A stretch of DNA of 64,000 nucleotides, taken from positions 1,304-65,303 of the forward strand of contig CAZIKF010000026.1 of the NCBI GenBank assembly GCA_964539825.1. Reading direction: 5' to 3'. This stretch comes from an uncultured bacterium. GTDB taxonomy: Bacteria; Muiribacteriota; UBA6191. The notes beneath the pieces were generated by a model. The model ran no database searches. It was not told where the DNA came from and worked only from the letters and a program-made list of their open reading frames with translations. Every line of letters begins with the position of its first letter. The first letter of the stretch is position 1. The translations under genes and the position numbers were made by a program. Below are positions 57,048-64,000 of the stretch, piece by piece.

Positions 57048-58593
57048 TAGCAAGACTTTAGTTAGTGTAGGCATTCCTACCTATAATCGTGCGCAGGGTT
57101 TGAAACGAACTTTAGAGTTAATAACTAATCAATCCTATAAAGATCTTGAAATTATAGTTTCTGATAATGCCTCTACCGATGAAACTTCTAAAGTCGTTGA
57201 GGACTTCATGGAGAAAGATCATAGAATTCAATATATAAAGCATGAAAAGAACCAGGGTATACAATTCAACTTTAAGTATGTTTTACAAGTTTCTAGAGGT
57301 CAGTATTTCATGTGGGCTGCGGATGATGATGAATGGGCTCTTGAGTTCATCGATACCTGCGTCAAAAATACGAGTGGCAGCGGAACCTGTATGACTTGGT
57401 TCAGTACTCTGTACAGGAGTTCAGGTAAGATAAGCTATCCTCCTCAGCCCAACATACTACCCGAAATGTCAGTATTTTCTAGAGCGTCCTCTTATCTAGG
57501 ATGCATGCAGTCTTCCTATTTTTATGGACTTCATAAGCGTGCTGATATCCAAGAGGTTCTGCAGGAGGGCTTTTTTGACTTTTATGATTGTTATTTCATA
57601 TTACGTCAATTGATTAAATATGATTTGAAGATAATTCCAAAGTATCTGTTTATTTCGGGAGTTGACTCTGAAAATTATGAACTAAAAACATTTGAGAATA
57701 GAAAATGTCTTAGGCTAAACTATTTTAGTTTTATTAGTTCTTCTCTCCGACTAATTTCTCGAGATTGCCAGTTTAATTTGTTCCAAAGGGTGTATCTAAT
57801 ATTTAAGTTACTATTTAGCATGTTCAAGCTCATGATTTTTAACGAGGTAATAGAACCAGCAAGGACTTTTTATTCCAAGGCTTCCCGTTTTTTGAAACGA
57901 AGGTGGTTAACTTTAAAGCATTCTATGTATCGAGGTACTAGAATAAGCTATGCACAGGCCGGAGAAGATTTGATTATACGAATAATATTCGATGCCATTG
58001 GAGTTGAAAAACCTTCCTATATAGATATTGGAGCTCACCATCCATACTACTTTAGCAATACGGCTCTCTTTTATCTTAGCGATTCACAAGGTGTTAACAT
58101 CGAGGCGGATCCAGAACTCTTTAAGAGGTTTGTGAATTTAAGAACGAGGGACATTAACCTGAATTCTGGAGTCTTAGCGAAAAGGGATTCTGACACACTA
58201 CTATTTCATGTACTTTCGAACCCAACATTGAACACGTTTTCAAAAACTGAAGCGGAGAATTCTATACGGGAGGCTGGAATCCGAATTCTTAAAGAAATCC
58301 CTGTTCCGGTAATGACACTGAATGAGATTATTCAGCAGTATTGTGATGGGGATTTTCCAGACTTTTTGAGTTTGGATATTGAAGGAATGGATCTCGAAGT
58401 GCTTAAAAGTATAGATTTTTCAAACTCTGTTCCTACAGTTATTTGTGTTGAGTCCGTCTCGTTCTCAGAGTCGGGAAGAGGCGTAAAAAATAAAAGAATT
58501 GGAGAATTTCTCAGTCAAAAGGGCTACTTCTTGTACGCAGACACCCACATAAATTCAATTTTTGTGCTCAAATCTCGCTGGCTTCGAAACTGA
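57037..58593 (+). CDS. GT2 glycosyltransferase fused to an FkbM-like methyltransferase
   Basis: N-terminal VSVGIPTYNR, DNASTD, FMWAADDD; C-terminal SYAQAGED, YIDIGAHHP, LSLDIEGMD. Confidence 0.88.
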   Translation: MPCDSKTLVSVGIPTYNRAQGLKRTLELITNQSYKDLEIIVSDNASTDETSKVVEDFMEKDHRIQYIKHEKNQGIQFNFKYVLQVSRGQYFMWAADDDEWALEFIDTCVKNTSGSGTCMTWFSTLYRSSGKISYPPQPNILPEMSVFSRASSYLGCMQSSYFYGLHKRADIQEVLQEGFFDFYDCYFILRQLIKYDLKIIPKYLFISGVDSENYELKTFENRKCLRLNYFSFISSSLRLISRDCQFNLFQRVYLIFKLLFSMFKLMIFNEVIEPARTFYSKASRFLKRRWLTLKHSMYRGTRISYAQAGEDLIIRIIFDAIGVEKPSYIDIGAHHPYYFSNTALFYLSDSQGVNIEADPELFKRFVNLRTRDINLNSGVLAKRDSDTLLFHVLSNPTLNTFSKTEAENSIREAGIRILKEIPVPVMTLNEIIQQYCDGDFPDFLSLDIEGMDLEVLKSIDFSNSVPTVICVESVSFSESGRGVKNKRIGEFLSQKGYFLYADTHINSIFVLKSRWLRN

Positions 58594-58656
58594 AAACTAC
58601 TACTTTACTTTGGATTGCAAAAAGGAGCTGTCGATCATCATTTTTGTGGCAAATGC

Positions 58657-59550
58657 TCAGTGGGCGTGACGTGTTAGCCCTGGTTCTTTAGTTGCCTTGA
58701 TATAACATACTGTACCATTGTGACATTCTTGCCAATGCACTTTAGCGATCTTAAATCCGCAGGTAGAAATGAGACTTTTTAGCTCCTCATACGTTGGATG
58801 CCAAACATGGTGGTCTGCATACTTGTGTATCCCAAAGATTGGTAGTATTAAGCGCACAGCTTCCTTGAGGTGATCTCTTAAGGGTACTTTTCCATTCTTT
58901 CCACCGTGTACATACAGTCCGACGATTAGGTTGCCAACTTCCTTTAGGACACGATAGGCTTCATTAAGGGCCAGCTCGGGATTTAGAAAGTGGTCGATGA
59001 CAGAGCGCATATGTACGGTCTGAAAGGAACATGAGGCAAAGGGCAAAAATTCTGCCTGACAAGATACGAAATTTACGGGCTCAACCAAGAATGGGTACGT
59101 CCTGATTAGGTTAGGAGATTTGGATATCCATTGAAAAACATTGAGGAATGGGTCGCAAGATATGTATTCTTGGCCGGGGCATAAGAAAGCTCTAAGCCTA
59201 CCTTGATGACCCCCGACATCAAGACAACGACCCTCAATAGGGATTGCTTCGTAGACGTCTCGAACACCATTCAGTTCATCATTGTAATTTGGACTGTCAG
59301 TGACCGTGTATGAGTCATCCCATTCTTCATAATGAAGCTGACCTTGGCTCCAGATTTTTTGGTCAGAGGTTGTTTGATTGTTTAATAGCCTAAGATCATA
59401 TACTCCGCCCACAACGGGGTATTTTCTTCCGTATGTAGACACTAATGATAGGCCATCACCAGAGACAGACAATGGATTCTTGCTTAATGGGTCTACTAGG
59501 ATCTCATTGACCCAGCTATCAATCTTAGCTAATCTGTTTTTCTCTGTCAT
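58657..59550 (-). CDS. Class I SAM methyltransferase with N-terminal Trm112-like domain
   Basis: LVDPLSKNPL...YPVVGGVYDL; CLDVGGHQG; LPFASCSFQTV. Confidence 0.8.
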   Translation of the reverse strand: MTEKNRLAKIDSWVNEILVDPLSKNPLSVSGDGLSLVSTYGRKYPVVGGVYDLRLLNNQTTSDQKIWSQGQLHYEEWDDSYTVTDSPNYNDELNGVRDVYEAIPIEGRCLDVGGHQGRLRAFLCPGQEYISCDPFLNVFQWISKSPNLIRTYPFLVEPVNFVSCQAEFLPFASCSFQTVHMRSVIDHFLNPELALNEAYRVLKEVGNLIVGLYVHGGKNGKVPLRDHLKEAVRLILPIFGIHKYADHHVWHPTYEELKSLISTCGFKIAKVHWQECHNGTVCYIKATKEPGLTRHAH

Positions 59551-59706
59551 TCCACACCCTTTGCTGGACGTATTCGACTACGGGAGCACTTGACTCTAGA
59601 CCAAACAGCTAGAAGGAAGAGAATTCCTCTAAGCTATTAGCAATTGAAATCAAGTCTCAAAATCCTTTCTCTTCCGATGTGGAAGGCCAAAAATAGTTCT
59701 AGATAA

Positions 59707-60534
59707 TCATTGCTTGAAGCCAACTACGCACCAGTAAGGACTGTCGTCCGAAAATTGGATATCCTGCAAACCTTCTGTCTTAAACATCTCATGAATTTCC
59801 TTCCTTGTGAAGCGTTTCTCTAGCCTGGTGCCAAATCTATCAAGGGCGTCTGTTTTCATTGTGTAATAGGGAAAGGTCCTATATTGGGAGAGGGGTATGT
59901 TTTCAACGTGAAAACCCAGTCGTTCTAAAATCAGTGAACTCCGAGCAGCTGGCAGATAAACAGCCAGAGCAATCAGCTTGGTAATCAGTAGTTTCAATCG
60001 AAAAGGTAAAACAGAAATCAAACGTCGAAAAATATCCGAGATCCGCCATATTGTTTTGAACCAAAGTGGTTTGTTATCAAAGGCATAGTAAAAATAAGCC
60101 AGGAAAGGAGCTCCTGGTTTGAGTTTAGCTATACAGGCCCTCAAGCCTGCCACAGTATCGGGTATATGATGCAGAACTCCTAGAGAATAGCCAAAGTCCA
60201 TGGATGCATCCTCTAACGGTATGTTGTTGAAAGATGCTTGATGGAAGATACAGTTTCTAAGGGTGGACAAATTTCTCTCAGCAATTTTGAGGGCCTCGGA
60301 GCTCCCATCAATACAATGGAGGACCCCAACCTTTGGAGCTACAAACTTTGCCCATCTCCCACTTCCGCAACCCATGTCAAATGCATGGCTATTATCTTGA
60401 AGTTCATCCAGATCTACGATGTGAAAATATTTGTCGAATTGGTTCTTGAGTTCTCGTTCGGGAATGGTGTCGTGGGAATATTCAGCCCATTCCTTACCAA
60501 AATCTTCCACGGTTTTATTGTCAATATTTTTCAT
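59707..60534 (-). CDS. Class I SAM methyltransferase
   Basis: AFDMGCGSGRWA, GYSLGVLHH, LKPGAPF, DRFGTRLEKRF. Confidence 0.9.
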   Translation of the reverse strand: MKNIDNKTVEDFGKEWAEYSHDTIPERELKNQFDKYFHIVDLDELQDNSHAFDMGCGSGRWAKFVAPKVGVLHCIDGSSEALKIAERNLSTLRNCIFHQASFNNIPLEDASMDFGYSLGVLHHIPDTVAGLRACIAKLKPGAPFLAYFYYAFDNKPLWFKTIWRISDIFRRLISVLPFRLKLLITKLIALAVYLPAARSSLILERLGFHVENIPLSQYRTFPYYTMKTDALDRFGTRLEKRFTRKEIHEMFKTEGLQDIQFSDDSPYWCVVGFKQ

Positions 60535-60809
60535 GGCTACTAATTAGGATTCTTTGTGGGGATAGAAGATTGCTATCGATGCCACAATAAACTTCTATAC
60601 TGGAGCTACAATCGAGGTTTGATGTGAATTTTAGAGAATTCATTTTCAGACTACAAGGAATGTATTACAGGGTAGAATGGAGGTAAGAGCAATTCCTTTC
60701 AGTTTTGAACCGAATACTGACATAACCGCACCGACTGGTCTACGCTACACCGTGCGAAGAACGGCAGGAAATTTAACGGAAATGATTCTATAAACCCCAT
60801 TTCGTTCCA

Positions 60810-61571
60810 GTGGGATCATTTGAAATGAACATAGATTTAACAGTACTCATGTGTGTTTGTAATGGAGGACAGTTTCTAGAAGAGGCTATCCACAGTATCT
60901 TGGAGCAGTCCTTCAAAAACTTTGAGTTTATCATTGTGGAAAATGGGTCCCAGGACAATTCCTGGGAAATCATTCAGAGTTTTGATGATAGCCGAATCAG
61001 GGCCTTTCAAACGGAGATCAGGCAATTGGCTTTTAATCTAAACTTTGGTTTACAGAAGTCGAACGCCAAGTGGGTAGCGAGAATGGACGCAGACGATATT
61101 TCCACACCGGATCGGTTTGCGATCCAAATGGAATACCTTAGATCTTACCCCGAGACAACAGTCTTGGGAACCCAGAGCATTCTATTTGAATCAGGCCAAA
61201 TCAAAGGCGAAGAAAATGTTCCCTTGCTACACAAGGATATTGTCAGAAACTTACCCTTTAAGACGGTTCTTTTGCATCCCACTGTCATTTTTAATCGCAA
61301 GGCTGTACTTGATGTTGGTGGCTACATGGGATATAAGAGCGAGGATTTTGATCTGTGGCTGCGGCTTATTCGGTCTAATAAGGTTATACTTGCGAATCTA
61401 TCCCAACCCCTATTGAAGTACAGATTACACCCCAAGCAGGTACGAGGAAATCGGTTATCATATGCTGAAGGAGCGGGTTATCTGTTCAGGGATTTTCTTT
61501 TGACCAAGAGGATCAGTTATTTTTTGGGATTTCTTTGGTTAACCATGAAGTGCCTATTCATAGGCCGATAA
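60810..61571 (+). CDS. GT2-family glycosyltransferase
   Basis: VLMCVCNG, IIVENGSQD, ARMDADD, HPTV, EDFDLWLR. Confidence 0.9.
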   Translation: MGSFEMNIDLTVLMCVCNGGQFLEEAIHSILEQSFKNFEFIIVENGSQDNSWEIIQSFDDSRIRAFQTEIRQLAFNLNFGLQKSNAKWVARMDADDISTPDRFAIQMEYLRSYPETTVLGTQSILFESGQIKGEENVPLLHKDIVRNLPFKTVLLHPTVIFNRKAVLDVGGYMGYKSEDFDLWLRLIRSNKVILANLSQPLLKYRLHPKQVRGNRLSYAEGAGYLFRDFLLTKRISYFLGFLWLTMKCLFIGR

Positions 61572-61574
61572 ATC

Positions 61575-62333
61575 ATGATCAAACAGATTTTTTCCAAGCT
61601 TCATAAAAGCCAGCTTCTGAACTTTAATGAATTTCAGCGTGAAAAGTGGGTAAAGGCTCAGGCCAGTCAAATACCTGATGGTTCCAGGGTGTTGGATCTC
61701 GGTGCTGGAAGTTGTCCGTATCGTATGTATTTTGGTCACTGTTTATATCACACTCAGGATTTCAGTGAGTTGTCGGAGGATCAGATTCGGTTTCGTGAGG
61801 GTTATGGTGAAATTGACTATGTCTCTGATGTCACTGAAATCCCTGTTGAAGATGACTATTTTGATGTAGTGATTAATACGGAAGTGCTTGAACACGTTCC
61901 CAACCCTGTAGCGGTGTTAAATGAAATTTTCCGTGTGCTTGTTCCCGGTGGCCTACTTCTTCTTACCGCCCCTTTGGGATCCGGGATACACCAAGAGCCG
62001 TACCATTTTTATGGTGGCTATACACCGTGGTTTTATGAGAAATATCTTGCTGAAACCGGATTTGATGAAATCCTTGTTCTGGCAAATGGCGGTTTTTACA
62101 AACACTACTCCCAGGAAACCCTGAGGTTTATAAAAAGCACGCAACCTTGGAGAACGGAAGTAGGATTTGTTTTTAAAGTTGTTTGGTTTCCTTTTTGGCT
62201 TCTTCTATTACCTGTGATGTTGTTGGTAGCCGTGGTTTCTTTTTTCCTAGACCCAATTGATCAGGAAAAAAGATTCACCGTCGGATATTTTGTTCGTGCA
62301 GAAAAAAAGCAAACCGGTACATTGCGAGAATAA
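61575..62333 (+). CDS. Class I SAM methyltransferase (type 11)
   Basis: VLDLGAGSCPY, EVLEHVPNP, HQEPYHFY. Confidence 0.9.
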   Translation: MIKQIFSKLHKSQLLNFNEFQREKWVKAQASQIPDGSRVLDLGAGSCPYRMYFGHCLYHTQDFSELSEDQIRFREGYGEIDYVSDVTEIPVEDDYFDVVINTEVLEHVPNPVAVLNEIFRVLVPGGLLLLTAPLGSGIHQEPYHFYGGYTPWFYEKYLAETGFDEILVLANGGFYKHYSQETLRFIKSTQPWRTEVGFVFKVVWFPFWLLLLPVMLLVAVVSFFLDPIDQEKRFTVGYFVRAEKKQTGTLRE

Positions 62334-62342
62334 CAATTTTCT

Positions 62343-64000
62343 ATGTGTGGATTATTGGGCATTCTTGGCATTGAAGGTATCTCCCGCAGCACTTTCGAGA
62401 ATAGTCTTCGTTTGTTGGATCATCGCGGACCAGATGATACGGGGCTGTATGAGATCCGCTCAAACACTGCTGGCTGGTTCGGTCATACCCGTTTATCGAT
62501 CCAGGACCTGAGCCCTGCAGGGCATCAGCCCATGGTGCTTGAAAACCGTTGGGTGATTGTCTTCAATGGAGAAATATACAACTTTAGGGAGCTTGGGGCT
62601 GAGCTAGCTGAGCTTGGAGTTAGATTTAAATCTAGCTCTGACACGGAAGTAATTCTACATGCCTATAAGACCTGGGGTCCTGGCGCTCTGGAGAGATTCA
62701 ATGGCATGTTTTCCCTGGCGATCTTTGATTTGCACGAAGAGCAACTTTTTCTGGCGCGAGATAGAATTGGGATCAAACCACTTTATTATTGGCATGAAAA
62801 TTCTTTTTTTGTCTTTTCTTCCGAACTTAAAGCAATTTGCGCTTTACCTGCTTTCCCAAAAAGAATTAGCAGCGAAGGCTTTGTGCAGTATCTTCAATGG
62901 CAGTTTGTCCCAGCACCGGGAACAATCTTTGAAAACACCTTCAAGTTACCCCAGGGCCACTATGCGATCTTAAAGGCTAATCAGCTCGAAGTGCAGCAAT
63001 GGTGGTCACCTTACCAGGCTTATACACAACCAAAACAAAATTCTTCCTATGAAGAACTTCTCCACGAAGGAGAGGCACTTCTCAAGTCATCCATTCAATA
63101 TAGAATGATTGCGGATGTACCTGTGGGCTGCTTTCTAAGTGGAGGAATAGATTCGACATTAGTAGCGGCAACCATGTCAGAAATAGCATCACGTCCAATC
63201 AAGACCTTCTCCATTGGTATGCAGGACAAGGAACTCAATGAGGCGGAATATGCCAAGGATATCGCCAGTTATCTTGGAACTGACCATCATGAACACTATA
63301 TAGAAACACAGGAACTTACTGGCCTGATTCCCCAACTCTCGCAATTCTGGGATGAGCCATTTTCAGACTCCTCGGCTATTCCAACCATGCTTGTTTCAAA
63401 ACTGGCGCGAAGCGAAGTGACGGTGGCATTGAGTGGAGATGGTGGTGATGAACTTTTTTGTGGATATTATCGCTACCGGTGGATGGAACAGCTCAATGTG
63501 ATAGGAAGACTTCCCATTCTCAGGGGGGTGTTTTCAAAGATCTTTAGTTCTCAGGTATTTGAAGTCTTGGGAATCGGACCCCACCGTCGCTTAAAGAAGG
63601 TGGGGGCTGCCCTTTCATGGGAGAGAATTGAGGATCAGTATCGCTCTCTTTCTAACATCTGGTACAAGGGGCAATTGGAGTCATTGTTAAGCTCATTCAA
63701 GCCGGTATCCAATCCTTGTAGGGAAGTGTTTCAGCAATCGGGCTCACTGGTGGAAAAATTGATGCTGGCCGATTTGGTTTATTACCTCGTTGAAGACATA
63801 TTGGTGAAAGTTGATCGAGCGAGCATGAGTACCTCCCTGGAAGCCAGAGTGCCGTTGCTAGATCACAGGTTTGTTGAGTTTGCCCTAAAAGTGCCAATGA
63901 AGTTTAAAAGATCAGGATCGGGAACCAAAGTGTTGTTAAGAGAGATACTTTCAAAAAAAGTGCCTCAGAATTTATGGGATCGTCCCAAGGCGGGATTTGA
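62343..64000 (+). CDS. asnB: Asparagine synthase (glutamine-hydrolysing)-family amidotransferase, truncated at the window end; absent from the ORF track
   Basis: ATG TGT GGA (MCG) at 62343; HRGPD, GHTRLSIQD, FNGEIYN, LSGGIDS, LSGDGGDELF; frame checked through to DRPKAGF at 64000. Confidence 0.93.
   Translation, partial: MCGLLGILGIEGISRSTFENSLRLLDHRGPDDTGLYEIRSNTAGWFGHTRLSIQDLSPAGHQPMVLENRWVIVFNGEIYNFRELGAELAELGVRFKSSSDTEVILHAYKTWGPGALERFNGMFSLAIFDLHEEQLFLARDRIGIKPLYYWHENSFFVFSSELKAICALPAFPKRISSEGFVQYLQWQFVPAPGTIFENTFKLPQGHYAILKANQLEVQQWWSPYQAYTQPKQNSSYEELLHEGEALLKSSIQYRMIADVPVGCFLSGGIDSTLVAATMSEIASRPIKTFSIGMQDKELNEAEYAKDIASYLGTDHHEHYIETQELTGLIPQLSQFWDEPFSDSSAIPTMLVSKLARSEVTVALSGDGGDELFCGYYRYRWMEQLNVIGRLPILRGVFSKIFSSQVFEVLGIGPHRRLKKVGAALSWERIEDQYRSLSNIWYKGQLESLLSSFKPVSNPCREVFQQSGSLVEKLMLADLVYYLVEDILVKVDRASMSTSLEARVPLLDHRFVEFALKVPMKFKRSGSGTKVLLREILSKKVPQNLWDRPKAGF

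Noticed and set aside
60720-60780. attC-like fragment (cataac...ggcaggaaatttaac)
   Set aside because: No matching partner box or extended palindrome could be found.
3-63897. The many 60-170 aa ORFs overlapping larger genes (for example 23057..23563, 24458..24913, 32439..32936) and ORFs spanning the tRNA or repeats (8535..8741, 13826..14023, 14963..15193, 15070..15255)
   Set aside because: Antisense or alternative-frame shadows of well-supported genes or repeats, with no motifs.

Overview
A 64-kb stretch of a diderm (Gram-negative-type) bacterial chromosome, taxon not assignable from the sequence alone. It holds about 52 CDS and one tRNA-Ser(CGA). Left to right: two tandem Rcp1-like response regulators; a patatin-POTRA-Omp85 protein; an ABC permease; a class-IV aminotransferase; an exported YyaL-DsbD fusion; tRNA-Ser; a minor-pilin cassette; a lone PstS-like protein; a divergent cNMP/HEAT-TPR and HEAT-MORN locus; mixed housekeeping genes (gmhA, gap, thiN, CHASE2 adenylate cyclase); and, from about 46 kb to the end, a methyltransferase-rich surface-glycan locus ending in a truncated asnB. 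No integrase, transposase or CRISPR array was seen. The most striking unexplained signal is a family of five 152-165 bp palindromic elements with GTGA...TCAC ends (8641-8792, 13749-13913, 15045-15208, 15534-15696, 45708-45872), plus two tandem half-copies. All five sit at gene 3' ends in the gene's orientation, and three overlap the TGA stop. Their arms differ in sequence yet keep pairing, and the outer-stem mismatches are all A.C on the sense strand (G.T on the antisense strand). This suggests a structure that folds on the bottom strand, like a REPIN or attC-type single-stranded DNA substrate, rather than an mRNA terminator. All assignments come from motif recognition by eye; no database searches were run.
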